From: Cenarchaeum sp.
GTDB taxonomy: Archaea > Thermoproteota > Nitrososphaeria > Nitrososphaerales > Nitrosopumilaceae
Length of the DNA stretch: 64,000 nucleotides
Reading direction: 5' to 3'
Assembly: GCA_965212015.1 (NCBI GenBank)
Contig: OZ243037.1
Location: forward strand, 576,001 to 640,000
In this document: piece after piece, positions 28,571-37,601 of the stretch
Position numbering within the stretch: the first letter of the stretch is position 1
How the letters are laid out: each line of letters begins with the position of its first letter
Made by a program: the position numbers and the translations under genes
The notes under the pieces: generated by a model
Database searches by the model: none
The model's input: only the letters and a program-made list of their open reading frames with translations
Told to the model about the DNA's origin: nothing

Positions 28571-28705
28571 ACGAAAAATCCTGACGGTTTTTCCAGTAGC
28601 CGATCAGATCCCGTGCCTGCGGATCCAAACATCCCTCTGGAACCTAACCGGTTGCTTTTTCCATACGTGTAAACCCTTAAATTTGTACGCCATCAGTACC
28701 AGCAC

Positions 28706-28861
28706 ATGACACTAAGATATGTGGCACCCCTAAACGACGAGCAGTGGAAGATACTGACTGACGCACTAAAGGCGGGCCCCACTCCAGCGCAGAGACGCAC
28801 TGTGAAAAAAGCAGTAGAGCTCTTTAAAGACCAAAAAGAATACATAGAGAATAAAGACTAG
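28706..28861 (+). CDS. putative antitoxin, copy 2 (51 aa)
   Basis: Ends 6 nt before GNAT start; L.DEQW..L..AL...P pattern reminiscent of the DUF1778 C-terminus. Confidence 0.65.
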   Translation: MTLRYVAPLNDEQWKILTDALKAGPTPAQRRTVKKAVELFKDQKEYIENKD

Positions 28862-28867
28862 AAACCC

Positions 28868-29374
28868 ATGCCTGATAAGGACGACATTTTATTCAACAAG
28901 ATTCGCTTTACAAAATTGTCCAACACGCATGTCGGATTGTCCGATTTCAAGTGCTCAAATTCGAAATTTGCAGAATATCTTGCAGTAAGCGCATTGTACG
29001 ATCAGGCAGAAAAAATCGGGCAAACGTGGCTTTTTACCTATGAGGGAAAAATAATCGGATTTATCACAATTGCAATGGCACATATGGAAAAAAACAGACA
29101 CATACAGACTGACACGTTTGGAAACATTCCTGCATTGCTGATCGGCCATCTGGCCACACACAAGGACTATGAGCGCAAGGGCGTCGGCCAACACATGATA
29201 TCCTGGGCCGCTAGCAAGGCAACAGAGTTATCTGAGACTATCGGATGCCGGGTAGTAATGCTCAATCCCGAAAAAGACGCCGTAAAATTCTATGAAAAGC
29301 TAAACTTCAAGCACATTCCACACACAGACGAGAAATACGACAGCATGTTTCTAGATGTCAAGCAGGTCGAATAA
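28868..29374 (+). CDS. GNAT acetyltransferase, TacT/AtaT-like toxin
   Basis: DFKCSN, IIGFITI, PALLIGHLAT..YERKGVG, AVKFYEKLNF. Confidence 0.8.
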   Translation: MPDKDDILFNKIRFTKLSNTHVGLSDFKCSNSKFAEYLAVSALYDQAEKIGQTWLFTYEGKIIGFITIAMAHMEKNRHIQTDTFGNIPALLIGHLATHKDYERKGVGQHMISWAASKATELSETIGCRVVMLNPEKDAVKFYEKLNFKHIPHTDEKYDSMFLDVKQVE

Positions 29375-29431
29375 CAACGGATTGCACCCATGCGTAAAAA
29401 TTGCATGCTTTTCACGAATCCATAAAGGAGA

Positions 29432-29505
29432 TGGGCCCGACGAGCTTCGATCTCGTGGCTCACCGATTATGAGTCGGTTACTCTACCAAGCTGAGTTACG
29501 GGCCC
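29432..29505 (-). tRNA. tRNA with CAU anticodon, probably tRNA-Ile2
   Basis: GGGCCCG...CCGACTCATAATCGG...CGGGCCCA cloverleaf; acceptor stem typical of archaeal tRNA-Ile. Confidence 0.88.
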
Positions 29506-29549
29506 CCAATCAGGACAGGCTTGCGCCTATGTATAAAACGTTACACGCG

Positions 29550-30206
29550 CTAACAGTACGCCTCATAGCAGCCATCAAGCAGCAAATTCTGCGCCGATAT
29601 CGACGCCTCTGCTGCCCGCACCAGCTTTTCTGTGCCGGCCCCGGAATCCTCAAGCATGCCACTCCACGAGGCCGCATGCCTTACGTCTGCCTCCATGTGC
29701 AGCCTAAAGTACTGCGTGGCCTCATCACCGTCAATGCCGTAAAACCTCTCAAGGCCCTCAAGCTTTGTCTGGCTGATTATTGGAATCTCCTTTTCAAAGG
29801 CATACATTGCGCACACGCCGCAGTCATAGTCCTCTGCCAGCACGGACAGGTCGCCTAGCGCCCGTACAGTCTGCGGCAGCGCCTCATGACCGTACAGCGA
29901 GTCACAATCGACTCCCAGTGCCCCCGCAAAGCGCACCCAGTGTACGATGTGATCGCACTCCTCCTGCCGGTTTGCGGCAAGCTCGTCGTGCATGTGCCCT
30001 GGCGCATCCCGGAGAATGGGCGACATTAGCCCGGGAACTGCCCTCACAAGGTGGAAATATTCCTTTGAATACCCCGCAAGCGACTCGCGTGTCAGCTTGC
30101 CGTCTGACCACATTTCATAGAACGGGTGCTTTAGCAGGCTGCGCCGCTCAATCATTGCGTCTATCGTCCCTATTATGCCCATCATACCCACCCCCATACG
30201 CGCCAT
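29550..30206 (-). CDS. TenA/PqqC/CADD-like heme-oxygenase-fold protein
   Basis: LLKHPFY..W..G.L, EE.DH..W, YAFE, YF.LH.EAD..H; start may be ~30180. Confidence 0.8.
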   Translation of the reverse strand: MARMGVGMMGIIGTIDAMIERRSLLKHPFYEMWSDGKLTRESLAGYSKEYFHLVRAVPGLMSPILRDAPGHMHDELAANRQEECDHIVHWVRFAGALGVDCDSLYGHEALPQTVRALGDLSVLAEDYDCGVCAMYAFEKEIPIISQTKLEGLERFYGIDGDEATQYFRLHMEADVRHAASWSGMLEDSGAGTEKLVRAAEASISAQNLLLDGCYEAYC

Positions 30207-30265
30207 TAAAAAAATCTTTGTTGTTTCAAAAGGGTTTTAAGGACATTTTTGCCCGTGCAAAACGT

Positions 30266-30359
30266 GCTCCTGTGGTGTAGTCCGGTCAAGCATACTGCCC
30301 TTTCAAGGCAGTGATCCCGGGTCCAAAATCAAACGATGGAAATCCCGGCGGGAGCACCA
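30266..30359 (+). tRNA. tRNA-Glu(UUC) with 15-nt intron in T-loop (59/60) and encoded CCA
   Basis: GCTCCTG...CTGCCCTTTCAAGGCAG...; BHB TCCA-AAA / TGGA-AAT; intron 30328-30342. Confidence 0.88.
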
Positions 30360-30378
30360 AGGTTTAATTACCAACTGT

Positions 30379-31251
30379 ATGGCACAAGATAAACCGACGT
30401 TGGATAGGAAAAACATCGAAGTCAATCCCCTGCTCGAGACATATGGCAAATACATCAGAAACATTGATCGCGCGCTAGAGGCGGAGCTTGATCTGTACTC
30501 AAACTCGGAATTCATCGGCCCGCTAAAGTACTCCATAGCAGGCGGCAAGCGCATCAGGCCCATAATCCTCATCCTGGCAGCAGAGAGCGTCGGCAAGGCA
30601 GACGGCAATACATACACTGCATCGTGCGCAGTAGAGTTTCTCCACACGGAATCCGTCATTCACGACGACATAATCGACAACGAGACCATGCGGAGAAAAA
30701 ACGACCCGTTCCACGTAAAATACGGGTACAATACCAGCATACTGACTGGCGACTTTGTACTCGGACTAATCCTGAACATATCCTCAAAGCTGAACAATCC
30801 CAGGATAACAAAGGACCTGGCCGGCACCGCCATGCTGATGAGCGAAGGCGAGATAATCGAGGGCAGGCTGGAGACGGGCCGGGACGTGACATTTGATGAC
30901 TATCTCAGGGTCATAGAGTACAAGACTGCCACGGCCTTTGAGGCAGCGGCCCGAATCGGGGCCATAATGGGCGGGGGCACAGAGGAGCAGATAGAGGGAC
31001 TGACAGAGTTTGGAAGAAACATCGGCATCGCATACCAGATAAGGGACGACCTGACTGACTGGAAAAACGAGGACAAGCTGTTCAACCTGCTCATCAAGAA
31101 AAGCAAGGATCCGCGCGACGTCTTTGACAGGATGGAGGACATGCTAAAGGACTATTCCCAAAAGGCAAAGAGGGGACTGCGGCGCATTCCGGACTGTGAG
31201 TCAAAAAACAACCTAGAGACGCTGGTGGAATTTACCGCCTTCAAGGCGTGA
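30379..31251 (+). CDS. polyprenyl (geranylgeranyl) diphosphate synthase
   Basis: GGKRIRP, IHDDIID, YKTA, AYQIRDD. Confidence 0.9.
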   Translation: MAQDKPTLDRKNIEVNPLLETYGKYIRNIDRALEAELDLYSNSEFIGPLKYSIAGGKRIRPIILILAAESVGKADGNTYTASCAVEFLHTESVIHDDIIDNETMRRKNDPFHVKYGYNTSILTGDFVLGLILNISSKLNNPRITKDLAGTAMLMSEGEIIEGRLETGRDVTFDDYLRVIEYKTATAFEAAARIGAIMGGGTEEQIEGLTEFGRNIGIAYQIRDDLTDWKNEDKLFNLLIKKSKDPRDVFDRMEDMLKDYSQKAKRGLRRIPDCESKNNLETLVEFTAFKA

Positions 31252-32689
31252 GTACTGGCGCCGCACTCTGTGCGAACTGTATGAGCGGCTCCGGGTATAC
31301 GCCGAATCCCACCATGAAGAGTATCGAGAATATCATTACTGCAATTACGGACCGGGGTTCTGACACCCTCTTTTCTGTCTCGCCCTCAAAGTACATCTTT
31401 CTCATAATCCACCCATAGTATGCAAGCGACAGCGCGCTGTTGAGCACGCCTGCCACTGCAAGCCACGGGGCCCACGCAGCAGCCGGTCCGGCGTCTATGG
31501 CGCCGCCAAATAGCACCAGCTTGCTCCAAAACCCGCTCAGCGGCGGGATGCCTGCAAGCGCAAACAGCGAGATCATCAGCCCGAGTGAGGTTATCGGCAT
31601 CTTGCGGCCCAGGCCCTTTAGCTTTTCAAGGTTGGTCACCGCAAGCGTGGCCACGATTCCGGCAATGGCAATGAATGCGGCACCCTTCATTACTGCGTGG
31701 TTCAGTATGTGAAACATTGCGCCTGACGCGCCCACCGAGCTAAACGGCGCAATCGCAAGGCCGATGAGTATGTATCCCGCATGCCCGATGCTGGAATATG
31801 CAAGCATGCGCGCCAGGTTCTTTTGCATGATTGCCGCTATATTGCCGACAGTCATGGTCATTACGGCAATAATGCCAAGTGCCAGCGTCCAGTCAAGGTT
31901 CAGCGCGACTGTCCCCATCACTATCACGCGCAGCGCGGCAGCAAAGCCGGCCTTTTTGGTGCCTGCGGCCAGGAGCGCTGCAATCGGGGGAGGCGAGCCC
32001 TCGTATGCGTCAGGCATCCACATGTGAAACGGCACCAGGCCCATCTTGAAGCCAAAGCCGGCAATGAACATGCCGACTGCCAGCAGGCCGAGCGGGACGA
32101 GCTCGGCGTCCAAAGTGGCGAATCCCTGCACCACCTCGCCTATATTAGTCGAGCCCGTAATGCCGTACGCAATTGAAATCCCGTATATTATTATCGCAGA
32201 GGCCAGCGCGCCGAACAAAAAGTACTTTATCGCCGCCTCGTTTGAGCTCGGATCCTTTTTGTTAAAGCCGGCAAGGATGTACGTGGGAATGCTCATCAGC
32301 TCCCAGGCCACAAACAGCATTACCAAATCAGTCGAGTACGCCACCAGTACCATCCCTATCGCCGAGAGCAGGATCAGCGAATAGTACACCGCGTGGTGGT
32401 TGAGCTTGCGCATATAGTTGATTGAGCCCACGGTGGTCATTATGGCGACAATGAGCATTGCAATGGCAAAAAAGCCCCCAAAGGCGTCGTCGGATATCAC
32501 GTCCTTTGAGAACAGCGCGCCGGGCAGGACCTGCTCTGTGAATACATTGTACGCCACGTACCCGATGGACGCAATCAGCGCGCCGAACGCTATTGCCGCA
32601 TAAAACGAGTTGGAGCCGCGCTCCTTTCTTGCAATGCTGATTACCGGGATCAGTATGCCAATGCCGCCAAGGATCGCAGTTATTATCAT
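31241..32689 (-). CDS. nuoN: NADH-quinone oxidoreductase subunit N
   Basis: EAAIKYF, FKMGLVPFHMWMPDAYEG, RMLAYSSIGH. Confidence 0.92.
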   Translation of the reverse strand: MIITAILGGIGILIPVISIARKERGSNSFYAAIAFGALIASIGYVAYNVFTEQVLPGALFSKDVISDDAFGGFFAIAMLIVAIMTTVGSINYMRKLNHHAVYYSLILLSAIGMVLVAYSTDLVMLFVAWELMSIPTYILAGFNKKDPSSNEAAIKYFLFGALASAIIIYGISIAYGITGSTNIGEVVQGFATLDAELVPLGLLAVGMFIAGFGFKMGLVPFHMWMPDAYEGSPPPIAALLAAGTKKAGFAAALRVIVMGTVALNLDWTLALGIIAVMTMTVGNIAAIMQKNLARMLAYSSIGHAGYILIGLAIAPFSSVGASGAMFHILNHAVMKGAAFIAIAGIVATLAVTNLEKLKGLGRKMPITSLGLMISLFALAGIPPLSGFWSKLVLFGGAIDAGPAAAWAPWLAVAGVLNSALSLAYYGWIMRKMYFEGETEKRVSEPRSVIAVMIFSILFMVGFGVYPEPLIQFAQSAAPVLTP

Positions 32690-32723
32690 CGGTGTGGAGG
32701 TTATCTCTATCGTACCATATCAC

Positions 32724-34778
32724 CTACATTAGCAGTATCAGGGCTACAAAGAGTATCCCCGCTCCAAACACGAACAGATACGACTGGGTGACGCCTGTCT
32801 GGGCGCCCTGCACCACCCTTGCGCTCCACCCCACGGCCTTTTGCAGTCCCATGTTCATTCCATAGTCGATGGCGGTCTTTTCAAAGTATCTAAAGACGCC
32901 CCGGGACAGCCACAGCGGGGCCACTACGAATGCCCAGTATATGGAGGCATTGAGGTACCACCTGTTGAGCATTACCTTGTGCATTGCGTAAAAAAAGACA
33001 TTAGAGTTTACAAACCGTGCGGGATCCACCCACCTTGCAATGTAAAACACGTATCCCAGCCCGATGCCAGTCGCAAACGCCGCAAGCGAGGCGCCAAGCG
33101 CCACAGGGTTGAGCTCTGCCAGGAACCCGGGCAGGACGGACTCTGTTGTATGGTACGCCGAGTGTATTCCAAAGGATTCCGCAAGGTATTCCTCAAAGAG
33201 GTGGTGTATTCCGCCCTCAAAGGAGAGGCCCATTATTCCTATTCCGATGGTCAGTGCGGCAAGTATTCCGTACGGCACCCACATTGATCTTGGCGCCTCG
33301 TGTATGGCGCCCTTTGACTCCATCTCCTCGACGTGTTTGCTTTTTGGCCCGAAAAAGACCAGCCCGAGCATCCTTGTGGTGTAAAATGCGGTAATCACGG
33401 CAGTCAGGACCGCTATGAGGAATATCGGCAGCGCCCACGTGTTGCCAGACTCGTATACGGCCGCAAATATGGCATCCTTGCTCCAAAAGCCCGTGGTGAT
33501 AAACGGCGCGCCCATCAGCGCGAGTCCGGCGGCCCACATGAATGCGTACGTCTTTTTCATGTGCCGCCGCAGCCCGCCCATGTCAGTCATGAACCTAGAG
33601 CCCACAATGTGCAAAAGCGAGCCTGCCGCCATGAATAGTGACGCCTTGAACATTGCGTGCGATATGAGGTGAAAGAATCCGGCAGTATACCCGTCGACAA
33701 ACCTGTCAGAGAGGCCGGCTATTCCCAGCGCCATCATCATGTATCCTATCTGCGAGCCAGTAGAGTATGCGAGGACCTTTTTTATCTCCGGGTTTACCAT
33801 TCCCTGCGTCGCAAGCAAAAGCGCGGTAATGGCGCCGACCCACGCTATAATCTCAAAGAACTGATCTGCAAGTATTCCGGCTGCCGCAAGCGCAAAGAAC
33901 AGCGGCCCTATCCGCGCCACCAGAAACACGCCGGCCTTTACCATAGTTGCTGCGTGAATCAGCGCAGAGACGGCAGTGGGGCCAGTCATTGCCTCCAGCA
34001 GCCACTCGTTGAGCGGAAACTGCGCCGACTTGCCCATCGCGCCGCCAAACAAGAGCACGGCTGCCGGAACCAGCAGCCCCTGTGCGGACATTTCCACTGC
34101 CCACCCCGTGTCGCCGAGCAGCTCCTTGAATCCGAACGTTCCGGCAAACAAAAATATCAGCAGCATTCCGGCAATCATCATAATGTCGCCGACCTTTGTC
34201 ATGATAAACGCCTTCATTCCTGCGTGCGTCGGGGAGTAATAGTCAAGCAGCCCCAGCGTGGTGCGCCCCTCCTGTCCGACGTGGTCCTTTTTCTTGTCGC
34301 GGTACCAAAAGCTTATCAGCGCGTACGATGCGAGCCCCACGCCCTCCCATCCAAAGAACATCTGTAGCAGATTATCGGAGAGCACGATTAGCTGCATCGA
34401 GCCGATAAAGAACATCATCCAGAACCAAAACCGCACAATGTCCCTGTCGCCCTTCATGTATCCCGTGCTGTAGATCATTATCAGGAACGATATCCATCCC
34501 ACCACGTTTGCCATGATTACGGCCAGCGGATCTGCAAGCACGCCGGCCTTGAGGCCTATTGCGTCAATCCAGCCGATCTGATCGTGAATCTCGTGTGCGT
34601 CTAGCGCCGCAGGCAGGAGGGATGCGGCAGACAGCGCACTCATCAGCGCAAAGCCCACTGCCACGTACCCCGTGGCGTGCGGCGAGCCCCTGGCGACTGC
34701 GGGAATTATCAGGGCGGCTGCAAACGGGAGTATCCACACCAGCCACGCCCCGTACACCGCAAAGCCCAGATCCGCCAT
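32724..34778 (-). CDS. nuoL: NADH-quinone oxidoreductase subunit L
   Basis: GKSAQFPL..WL..AM.GPT.VSALIHAATMVKAGV. Confidence 0.93.
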   Translation of the reverse strand: MADLGFAVYGAWLVWILPFAAALIIPAVARGSPHATGYVAVGFALMSALSAASLLPAALDAHEIHDQIGWIDAIGLKAGVLADPLAVIMANVVGWISFLIMIYSTGYMKGDRDIVRFWFWMMFFIGSMQLIVLSDNLLQMFFGWEGVGLASYALISFWYRDKKKDHVGQEGRTTLGLLDYYSPTHAGMKAFIMTKVGDIMMIAGMLLIFLFAGTFGFKELLGDTGWAVEMSAQGLLVPAAVLLFGGAMGKSAQFPLNEWLLEAMTGPTAVSALIHAATMVKAGVFLVARIGPLFFALAAAGILADQFFEIIAWVGAITALLLATQGMVNPEIKKVLAYSTGSQIGYMMMALGIAGLSDRFVDGYTAGFFHLISHAMFKASLFMAAGSLLHIVGSRFMTDMGGLRRHMKKTYAFMWAAGLALMGAPFITTGFWSKDAIFAAVYESGNTWALPIFLIAVLTAVITAFYTTRMLGLVFFGPKSKHVEEMESKGAIHEAPRSMWVPYGILAALTIGIGIMGLSFEGGIHHLFEEYLAESFGIHSAYHTTESVLPGFLAELNPVALGASLAAFATGIGLGYVFYIARWVDPARFVNSNVFFYAMHKVMLNRWYLNASIYWAFVVAPLWLSRGVFRYFEKTAIDYGMNMGLQKAVGWSARVVQGAQTGVTQSYLFVFGAGILFVALILLM

Positions 34779-36313
34779 TATGCGCCAAGCACCCCGTTCA
34801 TGTACGGTATAATCCCCTCAAGAAAGATGTCCGGATATATCCCAAGCACTATGGTAAAGCCCGCAAGGACCATCATCGGCGCAGTCATGTACCAGCCGGC
34901 CTCTTTTACCCGTACCAGGTTCTCTGGCGTCTTGCCAAAGAATATGCGCTTTAGCATCCACAGCATGTACGACATTGTAAGGGCAGTAGCGGCAAGGCCG
35001 AGACCAAAGGTGACCATTCTGAGCGTGGATCCCTCCTCTATTGCGGTCTCTAGCGCGCCGTAAAACAGAATCCATTCCCCCATAAACCCGCTGGTGGGGG
35101 GAAGCCCGGCTATGGTCAGCGCCCCGATTACTGCGCACACGGCGGTGATTGGCATCTTGCCGGCAAGCCCGCCGAGCTTGGAGAGGCTGCGCGTGCCGAC
35201 CTGGACAATGAGGACGCCGGCAGTCATGAATAAAAGCCCCTTGCCGAGTGCGTGCGTAATGTACATCATTTCTGCGCCGGCAAGGCCCAGTACGGAATAG
35301 CTTCCTATTCCGAACAAAATGTATCCCATCTGGCTGATGCTAGAGTATGCAAGCAGCCTCTTTATGTCGTCTTGCATCAGCGCCATTGCGCCGCCGTAAA
35401 TCATGGTGACCAGCCCCCAGACGTGCAGCCATATTGCAAGCTCGCCGTACTGTAGGGGAAGAAACTCTACTATCAGCCGGAACAGGCCGTACGCCCCGAT
35501 GCCTATCATTACGGGGGATAGCAGGGCGCTAATCGGCGTCGGTGCCGCGCCGTGCACCCACGGCAGCCATATGTGAAACATAAACGCCGCAAGCTTTACG
35601 CCGAGGCCCACAATTATCGCCACTGCCGCAAGCTGCACAATGTCCGGCGGAATCTCAGACTCTGCAATGTCCGCAAAGTCAAAGCTGCCAATGCCAAGTC
35701 CGATGGCCAGAAACCCCAGCAGCAGTATGACTGCGCCCACGTGGGTCCAAAAGAGGAACATTAGGGCAATCTTGCGCCGCGGCCCGTCGCCCCAGAATGC
35801 GACCAGGAAAAAGCCGGGAATCAGCATCACCTCGAAGAAGATATAGAACTCTATGAGGTTGGTGGACAGTATGGTGCCCATCATTCCCATTGCAAAGACC
35901 AGAAACAGCGCAAAGTACACGCCGGACTGGTTTCTTGCGTGCTGCTCGGCAGTCTCTACCAGTACGGTCTGTCCGCCCTCTGCCTGGCGCCGCTCGTACA
36001 TTTCGCGGAACTTGTGCGTCATGTACGGCCTGGAATACAGCGCAAGAATCGCGCTGAGCACGTATATCATTATGGCAAACGGCGCGGCAAGGCCGTCCAT
36101 CAGGAATCCAAACTCGCCGAACAGCTCAGTCCACGGATAGTGCTCCTCGTACGTGCCGCCAAGGGCGGTGACTATTACCAGCACGCTGCAGTATGCCAGT
36201 ATGCCAAACGTGAGCCACGTGACAGCATTGACTCCGAATTTTCTGCCCACCATGTACGCTACCGGAGACAGCAATAGCGGCAGGAAGACTGCCTGTAATA
36301 GCGCGTATTCCAT
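34778..36313 (-). CDS. nuoM: NADH-quinone oxidoreductase subunit M
   Basis: FYIFFEV, HIWLP.VH..APT, DIKRLLAYSSISQMG. Confidence 0.92.
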   Translation of the reverse strand: MEYALLQAVFLPLLLSPVAYMVGRKFGVNAVTWLTFGILAYCSVLVIVTALGGTYEEHYPWTELFGEFGFLMDGLAAPFAIMIYVLSAILALYSRPYMTHKFREMYERRQAEGGQTVLVETAEQHARNQSGVYFALFLVFAMGMMGTILSTNLIEFYIFFEVMLIPGFFLVAFWGDGPRRKIALMFLFWTHVGAVILLLGFLAIGLGIGSFDFADIAESEIPPDIVQLAAVAIIVGLGVKLAAFMFHIWLPWVHGAAPTPISALLSPVMIGIGAYGLFRLIVEFLPLQYGELAIWLHVWGLVTMIYGGAMALMQDDIKRLLAYSSISQMGYILFGIGSYSVLGLAGAEMMYITHALGKGLLFMTAGVLIVQVGTRSLSKLGGLAGKMPITAVCAVIGALTIAGLPPTSGFMGEWILFYGALETAIEEGSTLRMVTFGLGLAATALTMSYMLWMLKRIFFGKTPENLVRVKEAGWYMTAPMMVLAGFTIVLGIYPDIFLEGIIPYMNGVLGA

Positions 36314-36618
36314 TATCCCTTTAGACTCCTGAATTCCGCCACGTCCACGTTCCGGTACATCCTGTATGCGACGATTATCAGCGACAGTCCTACTGCGACT
36401 TCGGCAGCAGCTATGGCAATCGAGAACAGTGCGAGTGTCTGCCCCCCGCTGTGCGGCAGATAGCGCGCAAAGGCGACAAGGTTCAGGTTTGCCGCATTGA
36501 TTACAATCTCGACTGCAAAAAGCATCCGTATGGCGTTTCTTTTTACGGACAGGCCGTAAATGCCGACGCCCAGGAGCGCGACAGAAATCAGTACAAAGTC
36601 AACTAGTTCGTTGCTCAT
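36313..36618 (-). CDS. nuoK: NADH-quinone oxidoreductase subunit K
   Basis: RNAIRML..VE, AAAEVAVGL. Confidence 0.9.
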   Translation of the reverse strand: MSNELVDFVLISVALLGVGIYGLSVKRNAIRMLFAVEIVINAANLNLVAFARYLPHSGGQTLALFSIAIAAAEVAVGLSLIIVAYRMYRNVDVAEFRSLKG

Positions 36619-37111
36619 TTTCCACATCCTCCCTTCGTGCAAGCACAAGCGCGCCAATCACAGAGCCGGCCAGTATGAGCGCCATCAATATCAGGGCCGG
36701 CCAGTAATATGTAAGAAAGTCCGCCCCGATGTCCCTAAAGTCCACCGCCGGCTCGTCTGTCGTGATTGACTTTATCCCCGAATCCAGTATCACGGCGCCG
36801 ATTGCAACCATAAAGACGAGCATCAGCCCGATTCCGGCAAGCTTTCTCCTTGGGTCCTCTATCTTTTTGAATATGAGCTCGCGCCTTACGAGCATTACCG
36901 TAAAGAGAATCAGCACCGCAATAGAGCCCACGTACACTGCCAGCTGGAACATTGCGACAAACGGCGAGTCAAGCAGCAGAAAAAGCCCCGCAATGCCGCC
37001 AAGCGTCCCCATCAGGGCGACAGAGCCGTAAATCAGCGACCGCAGCTCAAGGGCTGCAATTGCCGAGCCGACAGTCAGGACAGAGAGCGCCAGCAGAGCC
37101 GCGTCAGCCAT
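36599..37111 (-). CDS. nuoJ: NADH-quinone oxidoreductase subunit J
   Basis: QLAVYVGSIAVLILF.VML. Confidence 0.9.
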   Translation of the reverse strand: MADAALLALSVLTVGSAIAALELRSLIYGSVALMGTLGGIAGLFLLLDSPFVAMFQLAVYVGSIAVLILFTVMLVRRELIFKKIEDPRRKLAGIGLMLVFMVAIGAVILDSGIKSITTDEPAVDFRDIGADFLTYYWPALILMALILAGSVIGALVLARREDVENEQRTS

Positions 37112-37601
37112 GCGACGCACCCCGGTCATCTATGACTATTTCTGCGTCCTGCGAGATCTCCGGCTTTACCTGCAGCTGCGCCGGCGTGTAAATCAGGCCC
37201 TCCTTGCTGTATGAGGAGAGCTCATAGTCGTTTGTCATGTATAGGGCGTAAAACGGGCACGCATCCACGCACAGGCCGCAAAACACGCACTTGCCATAGT
37301 CAATCTGCGGCATTATGGACTTTTTGTTGTGCTTCCAGTCCTCGGGGACCTTTACCATCGCTATGGCCTCAGCCACGCCCTCGCACGCAATCGAGCACAG
37401 CTGGCAGCCCGTGCAGTGGTCGTGAAACAGCATGTGGCGCCCCTTGAGGCCGGCGATTCCCACGCCGACGGTGGGATCAAACTGGTAGCCGTCGCCGACA
37501 AACTTTAGCTTCTCCTCCGGATAGCGCAGCGTAAAGCGCTTCACTGCGAGGTGCTTTATTCCGGAATTCAGCGCCCTGATGATTCCGCTTGCGGTTCCCA
37601 C
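37104..37601 (-). CDS. nuoI: NADH-quinone oxidoreductase subunit I
   Basis: CTGCQLCSIAC and CVFCGLCVDACP ferredoxin motifs. Confidence 0.93.
   Translation of the reverse strand: MGTASGIIRALNSGIKHLAVKRFTLRYPEEKLKFVGDGYQFDPTVGVGIAGLKGRHMLFHDHCTGCQLCSIACEGVAEAIAMVKVPEDWKHNKKSIMPQIDYGKCVFCGLCVDACPFYALYMTNDYELSSYSKEGLIYTPAQLQVKPEISQDAEIVIDDRGASHG

Larger units (their letters stand above)
28122..28649. repeat. 39-bp inverted repeat pair (28122-28160 / 28611-28649)
   Basis: 35/39 identity on opposite strands. Confidence 0.85.
28159..28870 (+). repeat. ~230-bp direct repeat (28159-28388 / 28639-28870) carrying promoter + small ORF
   Basis: Visible alignment from GGAACCTAACC to GACTAGAAACCCATG. Confidence 0.9.

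Noticed and set aside
29355-29858. 167-aa ORF on plus strand
   Set aside because: Antisense to a tRNA and the TenA/PqqC-like gene
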